Counted from the first letter of the stretch, positions 12,902 to 28,700 are shown. The stretch: 64,000 nt of DNA from the human T2T-CHM13v2.0 reference genome, Homo sapiens (GCF_009914755.1 NC_060935.1); one strand, 5' to 3'. Notes: generated by a model from the letters alone, not told the origin. Numbers and translations are program-made.

Positions 12902-13103
12902 CCAGGCAAGGCAATGGTGAGGGTGGCACGGGGGCGGGGGAACAGTCAGGACAAGGTGCCGGGTAGGGTGGGGGGAGCACACCAAGCGTGCCTAGTCTGG
13001 TCCAGGCAAGGCAGTGGTGAGGGTGGCACGGGGGCGGGGGAACAGTCAAGACAAGGTGCCCGGTAGGGTGGGGGAGCACACCAAGTGTGCCCAGTGGGTC
13101 TGG
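12902..13103. repeat. Tandem duplication, 2 x ~100 bp, G-rich
   Basis: ccaggcaaggcaRtggtgagggtggcacgg at 12902 and 13002. Confidence 0.92.
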
Positions 13104-13584
13104 TCAGCACACGGCAGCTCTGTGGCTTATGCCACTGTCCCGAGAGGGCTGGGCTGGCGCCAGAGGAATGTCCACATTCATCTGTGTTTGTTCACTGGGG
13201 GACACGTGCAGGGAGCAGGTATTCCTATTGATCAAAACTTAGGTAGTGGGGCAGGAGTGGGGTAGGGTGAGGGGCAGCTGGAACCCACAGACACCGAGCG
13301 ACAGACACTGCACTGGGAAGAGGAGCAGACCTGGAGCAGGCTCTGCAGACTCCACGAGGACCTGCCACAGAGGCCCGCAGGCCAGTGACGGGTGCCAGTG
13401 TGGCCTGGCCCCGCCACCCCAGAAAAGGAAGAGCAAAAGCACCTTCTGGGCACAGCCAGGGCCAGGAGCTGGCCAGGAACAGAGAGCACAGGAGCGGGGC
13501 AGAGGCACCACGCAGGGGGGAACGGTCGCAACCAAGGCGGGACGGGGCAGGGGGCACGGGCCATGTGTCTGTGTCAGAGGTTAT

Positions 13585-14410
13585 TTTACCTTTAATAAGC
13601 TTTTAGTTTTAGAAAAGTGTTAGATTTACAAAGAACTGCAAACACAGAATCCCCATGGCCCCCCACTCACTCTTCCTATTGCTAACCCTTACACTAGGAT
13701 GGTCTGTTTGTTAACAATGAACAAATCCACATTGATGCAGCAAGGTCCAAACTTGACTCAGACGTCTGGATCCATCCATTGCTCTCCTCACGACGAGGCT
13801 GGGCTGTGGGTGTGGGTAGGAAGAGCACAGAGGGAAATGTCCCCCTCGTCGCCCCGTGCCCACGGCCCGTCCTGTCAGCACGGCTCATCGCGGGAGGTGC
13901 TCCCGATCTCCTGGCTGAGGCTGTGACTGCCAGGCCTCCCCACGCAAAGACGCTCTCGTCTTCCCCGCCCCGCACCGCGCTCTCGAACGAAGCTGCTGCA
14001 CGCAGACCACACTGAAGGGGTGGGGACCACCCCTTACCACCCTGACGGAGGAGTAGCTACGGGAATTACTGGAAGTTCGGCACCAGAGAGCGGCCTCTTC
14101 TTGGTCACTCATTTATATATTCAGCCATTTGTTTATATTGGGATGAAGTCCTGGCTATTGAGGCTGCACTCCGAGCTAGAACACAACACTACTTTGTTTT
14201 GTGAATCACACTGTCCGTCCTTGGCCCTGGGGAGCTCCTGCCATCAGCTGCTGGGTCCCCTGATGCACCCCCATCAACAGACTTTTCATTTTGGGGCATG
14301 TCCTGATTTCCTGGCACTGCAGGGTGCTCCAGGCTCCCCCTGCATTCCCAGCCCCAGCCCGGGAATCAGCCCCTTCTCCAAGGAGCCCTGGTTCTTTTCA
14401 TTAGAAAATA
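13585..14410 (-). mobile_element. Old L1M 3'-end fragment
   Basis: ttttagaaaagtgttagatttacaaagaactgcaa...tttgttaacaatgaacaaatccacattgat resembles antisense L1MC/MD/ME 3' ends. Confidence 0.6.
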
Positions 14411-14428
14411 TTAAAAACTGGCCAGGCA

Positions 14429-15360
<932 letters not shown>

Positions 15361-15844
15361 TAAGATCAGAGCACTGGGTGGGCTCGTTGCTAGTGGGTGT
15401 CACTGCTTCCAGGCCCTCTCAGCTGGAAGAACACGGAGGCACATGTGTATACACACATGCACTCATACGCCTCAATCTCCACCCACATGTCGACATTTGT
15501 ATCTATACTAAGCTAAGCAGGGGTTCCCCTGAGGTCTCCAGCCCACCCCTGCAGCCATCACTGCCTGGACCACACTGGCCCCTCCACTTGCTCGTCTGTA
15601 GCCTCCCCTCCAACAAGGAGACTCGTGGAGAGCTTCGTGTTTTTAATCACTTTGTGAAAACAACAGAAGAAGGAGCTCAAAAGCTACGGAAGCAGCAAAA
15701 CAATGCCCCCGGCACCCTCACAAAGGCACAGGGAAAGTGGGGTCACTTAAAAGCAAGCAGGAAAGTTTCACAGTTGAGTCCAATGAAAATCAAGAAGAAT
15801 AGAGGAGAGTAACACTCTCCCACTGACAATTAAAACATCCCAGA

Positions 15845-16330
15845 AAGACACACACATAACACAGACGAAATCACACAACACAGATGAAGACACACAACAC
15901 AGACGAAGACATACACATAACACAGGCAGAGACACACAACACAGACGAAGACATACATATAACACAGGCGGAGACACACAACACAGACAAAGACACACAA
16001 CACAGACGAAGATATACAACACAGCCGAAGACACACACATAACACAGGTGAAGACACACAACACAGACGAAGACACACAACACAGACGAAGACACAACAC
16101 AGATGAAGACACACACATTAACACAGGTGAAGACACACAACACAGGTGAAGACATACAACAGATGAAGACGCACAACACAGACGAAGACACGCGCATAAC
16201 AGATGAAGACACACAAAGACACACAACACAGACGAAGACACACAACACAGATGACACAGAACACAGATGAAGACACACAACAAAGATGAAGACACAACAC
16301 AGATGAAGACACATAACACAGATGAAGACT
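15845..16330. repeat. AC-rich minisatellite, ~19-25 bp unit (acacagaYgaagacacaca), ~22 copies
   Basis: Directly visible imperfect tandem array. Confidence 0.95.
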
Positions 16331-16368
16331 ACAACCCAATAAGACAATCAGGGAAACAATGCAATTTA

Positions 16369-16720
<352 letters not shown>

Positions 16721-17685
16721 TCAGGAATGAGAGGATAAACCATTTTTGAAATGAAGTCTAAATTAGAATACAAAAACCACCATGATGTCCAAGTAGAAGA
16801 TGGGAAGGAAGAATTTCTTAAAATAATAAAGGAAAGAAGAGATTTCTGCTTCCACTCATGACAGAGTAACTGACACTGGACCTCACCTCCACTGTCAACA
16901 ACTACAAACTGGGTAGAATACATGAAGTGCTTGGCTTCAGACCCAGGATACCGCCGTGCAGGACGGTGGCCCCTGCGCACAGGCGATGACTGGGAGCCTC
17001 TCAGGCTGCAGGTGGGGATGGTGAAACCACATGGGGCCTGCAGTCTGGAGAAGCTGAGGTGGCAGGGATGGAAGTCTCAAGCCGCTGAGCTGTTGAAATT
17101 TGCAGGATGAGGAGGCAGTCAGGACAGAGCTGCACAGAGAAGGGACTCTAAAAACATCAACAGGGATCCAAGGAAGCTTCTGGACAAATAGCTGAGGGTG
17201 TCAGAGAGAACATCTGCAAGACCTGGCAGAGAACAGCTCTGGGAAGCGTGAGGAAGAGAGGTTCTGGAGGCCACACGGGGCAGGAGACAGACGTGTTCCC
17301 ACACCCAGACTGGAGACACCTTGGGCGAATAGATTTAACAGAGATTCCACAATGGCTGTGCCATGGGGACTGGGCTACAATAGCCCAGAGTGAGGGGGTT
17401 CTCTGGACCTGGCATAATAAAGCTTAAAAACAAGCCTCAAACGGATCCTAGCTAACCAAGAGCAAATTAACTGCCTTCCAGAACAAACCACACTACTCTT
17501 TAAGGGAGGAAAACAGAACTGAGACTTTCAACAACATTGCTACCACAATACCTAGTGTACAAAAAAATTACTAGACAGGTGAAGCAGAAAAATGTAACTC
17601 ATAACCAGGAAAAATAAGTCAACAGAAACAGGCCTAGAGATAACAAAGATAATGAAAGTAACAAACAAAGACTTTAAAAGAATGA

Positions 17686-17990
<305 letters not shown>

Positions 17991-19749
17991 AATATATCCA
18001 AAGATTTAGAGGAAAGGTTGGACATAATCAACAAAGCAATTAGGGCTCTGAAAAAATCGGAAACTCCACAAAATAATAAACAAAAATTCCTGGAACTGAA
18101 GAATACATCGAAAATGAAATTTTTGAGATGAAATGAACATCAGATTAAACAGTGCTAAAGAGAAGATTACAATAAAAACATCACTTATAAAAATGTGTAG
18201 AATGCAGCTAAAGCTCAGCTGAGGAAGAAATTTATAAATGTTCATATTAGGAGAGAAGGCTTAAAATGAGTGATTCATACATCCACCTTCAGAAGCCAGA
18301 AAAAGGAAGTGCATATTAAATGCAAAGTGGAAGGAAATAACAGAAATCTATGAAATGAAAAATAGACAAATAATGAAGAATTAAACACAAAGTTAGCCTG
18401 GAAAACTTAAAAAAAAAAAAAGATCAATTTCCCAAGCAGACTAAGCAGAAAAGAGACAGAGAGCCAAGAGAGGAAGAGGGCATAAATTACCGATATCAGA
18501 AATGAAAGGGACATTCCTACAGATCCTACAGATATTAAGCGGGTAACAAAGCACTATAAGGAACTGAATGCCAAGAGAAAATGTAGATGAAACAGACAAA
18601 TTTTTCACAAACACAAGCTACCAAAACTGACATACAAAGAAGTAGAAAATCTGAATTTATAATTAAAAATCTTTCTACAAGGAAATGGTGGGTGCAGGTG
18701 GCTTACGGATGAACTCTACACACGATATAAGTAAGAAATAATACAAACCATACACATACTCTTTCAGAAAACAGAGGAGGAGGACCAGCATAATGCTGCT
18801 GCCAAAGTGAGACAACAGCATTCCTAGAAAAGGGAAATTACAGCCCAATATCCTTCATGAATGTGGATGCAAAACTCTGTAATAAAATAGTAACAAACTA
18901 ATTCAACAACGTATTGAAAGGATAATACAGCATAGCCAAGAGAGATTCACCCAGTAATGTAAGCTTAGCTAACACCTGAAAATCAATGTCATTCACCACA
19001 TTAATGAAAGGAGAAAAAAATATGGCCATCTCAATTAGATGCAGACACAGCACATGGCAAAACGTGTATGCAAACTCTCAGCAAACCAGGAACAGAAGGG
19101 ACCATCCTCAGCTGAGAAAGGACACCTATAAAAAATCTGAAGCTAACATCAAATGCTGCTGATGGAGTAAAGATTTTCCCCCTAAAATCAGAAACAAGGA
19201 AGGGGCTCTGAGCACTTCTCACTCTCACCACTCTTATTCGGTGTCACTCTTATACCAGCGGCACAATGAGGCCACTGTAATGAGGCAAGACAAAGGTATA
19301 CAAGGCATAAATACCGGAAAGGAAAAGGTCGTCTTGTTTGGCAGGTAACATGGTTATGTAAACAGAAAAGTCTAAGGAAACTGGGGCAAGTCTGCTAGAA
19401 CTAATAAGTAAATTTAGTGGCATCACAGGGCACAAGGTCAGTAAAGAAAATTAATTTTATTCCTATATAATAGCAACAAATAAATGGAAAATACAATTAT
19501 AAAACTGCTATTTACAATATAATTTTTAAATTTAGGAATAATCTTAACACAAATGTACAAAGCCTCTCACTGAAAAGCACAAAACAATGCTGAGAAAAAT
19601 TAAAGACCTAAACACATAAAAAAATTTGCCATGGCCATGGATTAGAAGACTCAATATTGTTAAGATGTCAATTTTCTTAATTAAATACAATCCTATCAAA
19701 ATCCCGGGATAATTTCTTATTTTTAAAAGAAATTAACAAGAAGATTCTT

Positions 19750-20225
<476 letters not shown>

Positions 20226-21741
20226 TAATGTTCAGAACTAGACCTACACTTACATGGTCAACTAGACTTCAATAAAAGTGTGAAATCAATCTAAGGGGGA
20301 AAGGAAAATGTTTTAAATAAATAGTTTGGAGAAAACTGAGTATCTCTGAAGAAAAAGAAACCTTCAATCCCTACCTCACACCAAGACGGATCTGAAACTC
20401 AGACATAAAAGCAAAACTACAATGCTTCTACAATAAAACACGGACAGTATCTGTGCCAAGCTCAAAGTAGGCAAAGATTTCCTAGAATGTAAAAAGCACT
20501 AACCAAAAAGTGACAAAATACATTTCATCAAAATTTAATCATACACACACTTCTATTCAATATACTGTTAAGAAAAATGAATAGGCAAGCCACGGATGGC
20601 ATATATCCAACAAAAGACTTCTAGCTAAACTATAGAAAGCAGGTCTACAGTTCAACAATAAAAGAGACAACTCAACATTTAAAAAGGGCAAAAGACTGGA
20701 ACAGACATTTTACATAAGAAGACAAATAATGGCCGATAAGTACAAGAGCAAGTGCCACGCCCTCCAGAATGGCTAAACCTGCACAGACTGAGAACACCCA
20801 AGGTGTGGAGGAGGCAGGAACCAGGAGACTGATGCGCTACAGGCAGGGCGAGGAACTACTGAGGAAAAAGCCACAACTACTGAGGAAAAGGGCTGGCAGT
20901 TTCTTGGAAAGTTAAATATGCATGTAGGATTCCATAATTCCATGGCTAAGTACTGACCCAAAAGAAACAAAAACATACATCCACATAAAGGCTCCTACAA
21001 GAACGTTCACAGCAGCAGTGTTCACAATAGCCAGAAACTGGAAACAACCCAAAGTCCATGAACAGAAGAACAGCTCAACAAACGACAGTATATTCATACA
21101 ACAAAACACCACTCAGCAACCCAAAGCATAAAACCACCACCAAGATGCAATGCACAGCTAAGCCCCACAGATGTGATGTTAGTGGGAAAACGCCAGAGAC
21201 AAGAGCGGGGACCATCAGACTCCATGTATCTGATGTTTAGAAAAGGCCCAATTAGTCCTTGATGAAAATAAATCAGACAGTGGCTGCCCGTTGGGAGGGG
21301 AGGTGGCAGGCAAACAGGGCTGACTGGTAAGGCATGTGGTGGTGTTTTCCGGGAAGACGGAAACATTTTGCATCTTGACAGGGGTGTGGGCTACAGGGGA
21401 ATTCATATTCATCAAAACTCACTTAACTGAATACTTGAGATCCGTGCATTTCATTGTTTGTAAATTATATGTCAACTTCTGAAAAACTAAAAGTTTCTAC
21501 AAAGGAGGAAAGAGAGAAAGCATTTAAGAGAAAATGGCAGACAAAATTAAAGGGAAAAAACACTTGCAACTACATATGGAAAAGGCACATGTCACCTCAG
21601 ACCAACTCACACCAAGGCGTTCTAGTAATATTACTAGACTTATGACGAACAGAAAGTCCTTTGATAAAAGGTAAGTTTGCATACAAAGGAAAGAAAATTG
21701 TATTTCCATTAGACACCAGTAACACTTTAAATCAAAAGGCT

Positions 21742-21910
21742 ATTGTCATGGATGGAATTCCCACGAATTCACAGGTTGAAGCCCGTACCCCCAGTGTTGT
21801 GATGCTATTTGGGGATGGCACCACTGGAGGTAATCAGGGTTAGATGAAGTCATGAAATAGGGTGGGGCCCCCCAGATAGGATTACTGGCCTTATACTGAG
21901 AGGAAGGTTC
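21742..21910 (+). mobile_element. MLT1-like MaLR LTR 5' fragment
   Basis: aattcacaggttgaagccc...tatttggggatgg...ggaggtaatcagggttagatgaagtcatga. Confidence 0.7.
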
Positions 21911-21949
21911 TAGGCAGAGGTCAGCAGTAGCTGCAAACAACACAAAAAG

Positions 21950-22680
21950 ACAACGAGATATTATGCACCTCCTGTGGTGGAACACAGCCACCAGCGGAGC
22001 CAACTGGCCTCCAAAGAAGAATGAGAATGCGATCAAGGTCTAAATCTAGCTGCCAATTTACAGGAAATAAAAAGAATGTTCTAAACAATACCACAGCATG
22101 CAATTAGCAAAATTCAGACCCTGGGAGACATCACAGGAAGAGCAGGCAGGCTCCACTAACAAAGTAAGTGGATGGGAAAAAAAACAAACAGGAAGGGTGG
22201 AGTGGATCCAGAGACATGGGGCGGAGCCTGCAGCCTGGTCACCACTCGGCACCTGTGCCCATCACCTCTGGTCCAATGTCGCGCTCCAGTGTGTAAGGTG
22301 CTGTCCCTGTAGGGGCTAGCTGAGGGTGGCCCTGGAATTTGTGCTATTTTTGCAACTTCTTATGAATTTATAATGATTTCAAAATAGAAAGTTAAAGAGT
22401 TTCAAAATCTGTCATCCAAGTGCAACGCATGGACCTTATTTGAATCCACATTCAACACTCTAAAAACAAGTCATGAGACACCAGACAAACATAAAGGCTT
22501 GATACTCAATGTTATGAAGAAATCACTACTTTTGGTATGATAATGAAACATCTTATGTTTAAGGAAAAGAATCCCTCTCCTTTACAGACATACAGAATAG
22601 TCACGGATGAAACATGTTCAGAATTTCCTTCAAAATCATCTGGGTGATGCGGGAAAATTACAGCTGAGGTGGGTGTGGCT
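21950..22680 (+). mobile_element. L1MC/L1ME 3'-UTR fragments
   Basis: ccaatttacaggaaata...aattagcaaaattcagac; ctatttttgcaacttctt...atttcaaaatagaaagtt. Confidence 0.55.
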
Positions 22681-23479
22681 TTGAACACACGTACCCACCA
22701 AAATCACTCACCCTTCTTTTAAAATCAGTTCATGAATCCAATCTCTATCAAAGACATGCACAGAATTTCTCCAGAGAGAAGCTGCCCCGTGAACACTCCA
22801 ACTAGTCTTTTCCCTAACAACAGCTTTCCATCGGTTCTCCCGGCTCCTCGGAACAGCAGAGCTACCTGAGCTTAGCGATTTATACTCCATCGCAGCGTCG
22901 CAGCCGTGGTGGGGGCATCATGGGGCCACAACGGAAGAGCTCTACGGTCAGGTGTGGCTCGAGGATGTGAGCTCTTCTCAGCAAGGGTGCATGCACAGCA
23001 CTGCTGGCTCACAAAACTCATGTGCATGTGTGCATGTGTGTGTGTATGCATGTGCACGTGTGCCTGTGTGTGCATCAGCACAAAGCCAAGAGGTCACAGT
23101 GTTTTGCTTGTAATCAAAGATCACCACGTGTTCAAGGAAGAAAGGAAAATAATCCCTTCCTAGGAGTCAAATCGATCCACAGGAAAAGTCCCATAAATGG
23201 CCGAATGGCAGAATTAGTAGATGACATTTTAAGTCAGGCTACCTGTATCCCACCCATCCAGAAAGCCAGAAGAAACATGAGACATGGTAAACAGAGATAA
23301 AGAAGATTTTTCTTAAAATCCAAACTGGACTTCCAGATGTGGGCATGAAGATGTCTGAGATGAGCACCATGGGGGCCGCTGCAGAGCCAAGGTGGCTGAA
23401 CTCAAAGACACAGCAGCGGCAACTCTGCAGAGGAAACCAGAGCAGAAAAGGACTGAAAATGAACAGCCCATGCCTGAGC

Positions 23480-24880
23480 TCAGGCCACCTAACAAGGACA
23501 AGCCACAGGCTGGAAAACATTTTTTCAACACACAGATCTGATAAAGGACTTCTATCTAAAACAGATAATGACCTCTTACAACTCAATAACAAGAAGGCAA
23601 GTCACCCAATAAAAAATGGGCAAAAGACTGAACAGAAACTTCACCAAAGAAGAGAGATGATTAGCCGAATGAAGCACATGAAGAGATGCTCAACATCACT
23701 GGCCATCAGCAGAACGCCAAACACGAGCACAGGATGCTGCAGCCACGCAAGGGATAGCTGCAACCACAGGACGGCCAGGCCATGTGCCTGCAGGATGACC
23801 ACAGATGAGCATGCCACATGCCTGCGGGACGACCACGGGATGGCCACACCACGTGCCTGTGGGATGACCACAGGATGAACATGCCACATGCCTGCAGGAT
23901 GACCACAGGACGGCCAGGCCACGTGCCCACGGGATGACCACGGATGAGCTTGCCACATGCCTGCGGGATGACCACGGGACGGCCAGGCCACGTGCCCATG
24001 GGATGACCACAGATGAGCTTGCCACATGCCTGCGGGATGACCACAGGACGGCCAGGCCACGTGCCCACGGGATGACCACAGATGAGCTTGCCACATGCCT
24101 GCGGGATGACCATGGGACAGCCAAACCATGTGCCTGCAGGATGACCACGGATGAGCATGCCACATGCCTGTGGGATGACCATGGGATGAGCATGCCACAT
24201 GCCTGCCACGTGCCCGCCACTGTGCCGAGAAGCAGGGCCCTGAGGCTGCTGGTGGGGATGCAAAATGGTGGAACTGGAACTGCTTTAGAATGCAATTGGG
24301 CAGCTTCTACAAGCGTTAAGCCTATATCCACCTACGGTCTGAGCACTGCACTCTCAGCTACTTCATGGAAAGCACACATTTCTACTGAGACTCGCACACG
24401 AATGTTCACGGCAGCTGCAAGTGTGCTGGTCAGAAAGGAGAGAACCTGCACACCCACCATGGGGAGGTGACACAGTGCGGCCTCAGCATCCACGGACCGC
24501 GCCTCAGCCACAGACAGGAGTGGCCTGGGAGACACGCGGAACACGGAAGACTCCTACAGCAAGTGTGCTGAGTGACGGAGGCCAGGTGAACATCAGGTTC
24601 ACACTGTGATTCCGTTCACGGGAAATTCCAGGAAACATAAAGGTGTGACCACAATGACAGAAGCTTGTCAGTGGTTGGGAGCGAGGAAGTGGGGGAGAGA
24701 AGTGTCACAGAAAGGCAGGAGTAAACTGGAACCCCAGGGTGATGGGTGTGTTCCTCTCCCTGGCTGTGGCTGTGGCTTCAGGGATACACATGCATATGTC
24801 CACACTTGTCAAGCTGCACCCTTTAAACACAGGCGGTTCACGGTATGTCAAGCAGACTGCAGTAAAGGTTTAAAAGAAAA
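23480..24880 (+). mobile_element. L1ME/MB-type 3' portion, split by a minisatellite
   Basis: tctgataaaggactt...acaactcaataac...aaaaatgggcaaaagactgaacag before the array; gctggtggggatgcaaaatggt after it. Confidence 0.8.
23762..24212. repeat. Minisatellite, ~69-bp unit made of two related ~34/35-bp halves, ~6.5 copies
   Basis: ggatgaccac recurs about every 34-35 bp; 23-aa periodicity in the overlapping ORFs. Confidence 0.93.
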
Positions 24881-24904
24881 GCAACTCCTCTCTGGGCTCC
24901 TGGC

Positions 24905-25712
24905 CCAGCGCCTGCCCATTGTCCCCATTAGACTAATGGGCATCTCAGACTTGAGGCATTCCTTCCAGAACTGGCTCCTCGGGTGTCCTCTGCAACTCCA
25001 GAGACACTTGCTCCATCCTCCCACTGCCTCAGAGGAATGTGGGAGTCCTCCCTGGACCCCTCTCAGACCCCACATCCATCCATCAGCAGGTCCTCACGGC
25101 TCTACCCACAAAACACGCCGGGGGGTGTCTCTTCCCCTTACGTCCCTCACCCACACACCCCTGCGGGCCTCCTGTGCCACTACCATGGTCTCAGGCAGGC
25201 CCCCTTGTGCCCCCACCCTCCAATCCACTCTCCACATGACTGGGAGTGTGATCCTGGCAAGTCAGCTCTGATCCCACCCCCTGCTGCTCAAAGCCCCTCA
25301 CGACTCCTGCGCCATGCAGCGAATGAGCCTGAGTGCTCCCCACGCCGCCTTTGTGCCCTCCCCACTTCCCCTCGCTCTGGTCCCTCGAGTCTCCTCTGTG
25401 GCCTGGGCACCCAGCACATTGGCACCGCGGGGCTGGCCACCTGTCCTTTGCTGTGGCTGGAGCGCTCCTCCTCAGACATCCCATTTTCCGGTCGGCCACT
25501 CATTTCTTCCGTCTCTGGCTGCCCTACCTGGCGCTCCTCAGCCTGCGACAGACAGGCACATCTGTCCAGCACTCCTGTTACAATGTAAGGCCTCTTGTGT
25601 CCACTATATTCCCGGCACCCGGAACAGGAGGGCAGGGGTCTTGTGTCCACTATATTCCCGGCACCCGGAACAGGGGGACAGCAGGCAGTCAATATTTGCT
25701 AAATGAACGGAA
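24905..25712 (+). mobile_element. L2 3' portion with an internal 46-bp duplication (25593-25680)
   Basis: ctaatgggcatctcagactt near the start; ends caatatttgctaaatgaa like the L2 terminus. Confidence 0.65.
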
Positions 25713-28700
25713 GAAATGCCAAGTCAGCATCAGAGCAAGAAAGCAGCTCTCAAAGCAGAGAGGTGCTGGGTGAGTGGAGGGCAAGCGAATGAAACCTGTC
25801 TCCCCTTCTCACCCATGTTCTCAGTCCATGCCCGTGCCCTGCAGTTGCACAGTGACATCCAGGGCAATGCTAACACCCAGGGTGCCAGGGGATCCTCAGG
25901 GGGGCTGAACCTCTCCAGCCAGGTGTGATGTCTGCACGAAACACTCTGCCCCGGTGCTTACCAGGGCTCAGTCACCCACACTAGGGCGGACGCCAGCACT
26001 AAATGCGCACTCAACTAGAAGGGAACCACAGCCCCGGCACTGGCCATGGTGGCATCTGGGGGAAGCAGACCTCGGGACTTGTGGCACCTGTGCCAAGGGA
26101 AGGGACTGGGGGAGAGCCAACCACGTGCCCTGTCTGTTGAACGTGGGATCTGGCCCAGTTGAAAAGGGCCTGCGGCAGGGTGGCCAGCTAGGCAGTGAGC
26201 GTCGGGTCTGCGGCTCTTCCCGTCCCTCCAGGCTTGCCTACCGCCCCGCCACCCCGCAAGTGCACATCTGCACACACAACCACCTCCTGTGGCTGCACTG
26301 CTACCTCTCATCTGCTTCTACCTCCTTTGATTTGCCTCCAACCCCACTGCGCCTGCCATGGAGATGGGAGGCCAGGGGACGAATCCTGCACCCCTCCACA
26401 CCCAGCCAGAACCACCACCGTCTCTCTGTGCCTACAGTCAACCCTCAGCCCAGCCATCTGTTCATACTTGCGGCCTTCCTCGTGCCTGATCCTGCACTGG
26501 ACGATTCCGGTGACACTGAGCATTCATCACTAGCTGCAATTGTGTTAAGGGACAGAGATGAGGGTGCCGGACAACTGTACATGAGGGGGCTGCTCTGGAG
26601 ATCCCCCAGGCCTGCTGCCAGACGCTGAAGCCCCAGCCCTACCCAGTGCACAGATACACAGCTCCACACATCGCTGGGCTGGGGTCCCATCAAACCTCAG
26701 CTAGGAAGGCCTGTTCCATGGATTACCCACGTCCTCCTCCAGCCCACCCAGGCCAGGGGCCTCAGGTGCCACCAGAGGGAGGAAGGCCTGATGGTCAGCC
26801 CCGGGGTCAGCCCAAGGTGAAGATGTGGCCTCATAGGTCCACAGGCCCTCGAACTGCAGTGTCCTGCCTGGTGCTGTAGGGAGACGGCCCTGCTTTTTGT
26901 CCCCAGGCCTGGGCCCCCATGACTCCCACCAGGCACGACCTACTGGCTCCTGGGCACCTGACTTTGAAAAGCCAGCATCTGACACCCTGCTCTCCTGCAG
27001 ATCCTTCTATGAGCAGATGGATACCTGCTCCAGGCAGTACCACGCGGCCAGGCGAGGACACCCTGGCAGCCCCCAGCGCCCTGAGGGAGAAAATGTGGCA
27101 CCACAGGACATCCTGGGTTCCATCCCAGCTCCCCCACAGCCCAGGTGGGGCCATCAGGCCAGAGTGCTGCTCCTGGGGAGCTCCAGGCACAGCGTGCCGG
27201 GGGCGCTCCGGGCAGGCTCCCCTCTGAGCTCAGGTCACACGCCCTCTGCTCACGGCGAGCCCACCACAGCCCGGACCTGTGGCCAGTAAGCCCAGGGTCT
27301 CAGCATTTGAATGTCCAAACCGATAGGCTGCGGGAAGAGGCGACCAGGGAAGGGGAAGGGCGTGGGATGAGGGAGGCCTCAGGGGTGAGGGGCTCAGGCG
27401 ACAAAGAGGAGGAGGGCTCTGGATGGCTGGAGAGAGGCATGTGCAGAAGAGAGCTGGGGAGGAGGCTTTAAATCCACCCACCAAAAGCACAGTGAGGCGG
27501 GGTGCGGAAAGTGTGTGAGGTTCGGCTCTGGACTCTGGCCAAGGCACAGAAAGCTGAGGCTGCCCAGCCTGCAGAGCCTGTGGAGAAGGGATGGGGAGGG
27601 GAAGGCTGGCAGCCCAGAGGAGGCAGACGGAGAAGTGGACAGATCCAGACAGCCCTGGGCCGCAGCCAGACATGGGCGCGAGGCTCGTCTAACAGGGCTG
27701 GAGCCAGGCCCTGGCCCGGACCCGGACATCCTGGATGCCACACCACGCACACTGTCACCTCAGGTGGCACTGCTCATCCCCATGTAGAAGTATGGAATCC
27801 CTACCTAGGCCCTGTCCCACCCTGGAGACAGAAATGAGGCAGCCCCAGGTCAACCGAGAGACACCCCCAAACAGCTCCTTCCTCTGGCTCCAGACTGGGC
27901 CCTGTCCAGGTGACCGCACACATGGTCTGTAGTGCCGGACACAAGGGCAGATGGCCAAGACCACAGAGGCCACAGGAGCCCACAGAGCCGGCTGCCGCAC
28001 TGCACAGCTACTACCGTGGGTCCCCAGAACAGCGGGCACCCCAAAGCAGGGCCCCTGCGTGGGCACAGGTGTCCCCCACACACTCTCATACATTGATGTC
28101 TACAAACGGCCACATCTGGGGCAACTTCACAATTGGATCGGGTTCCTGGGGCAAGATCCACTTGTCAGGAAAGCACAGACAATGGCAAAGCGGCTTCTCA
28201 GTGCCTGTCACGAGTGAGCATGGCCAGCACGCTCTCCAGAGCACATGGGAGAGTCTGGTGAGGGGCCCTTGGTCTCCAAGGTCACATGGCACCCGCTGGC
28301 CCTGTGGGCTCCTGGACTTCACTGGAAGTGACAGAGGTGGCTGGCAGGCGCTGGCCAAGGGCGCACCCGGCTGGGGTGTGGGAGCCACTCCTCGCAAGCC
28401 GCATGCCCGGGAGAGCACTCTCAGGAAGAGGTCCAGAATGAGCGGCAGCCTTCTGATTGCCAAGAGAAAGCGCCACCCGCTCAGCCCTGGCTGGGGCAGC
28501 TCGTTCCTGCCTTCCAGTCACCAGAAGCCCACAGCTGAGAGCCTGCAGAAAAGGAGATGCCCCCAGGCAGAAGGAGGCCAGAGAGCCCAGGGGATGCAGA
28601 GAGGGTGACTGCCTGGCCCGCCCACCCATGATGGGAGCAGAGTGCTCCTAGAACGGAGAGGAGACTGGCAGGGGCAAGGAGGTGGGAGGGAGCAGCCTTC

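Noticed and set aside
15768-16347. Cys/Val-rich ORFs resembling keratin-associated proteins
   Set aside because: Translation of the TG-rich minisatellite; open in several frames and lacks KRTAP termini
23339-24470. Overlapping 180-210 aa ORFs
   Set aside because: Produced by the 69-bp minisatellite plus decayed L1 ORF2
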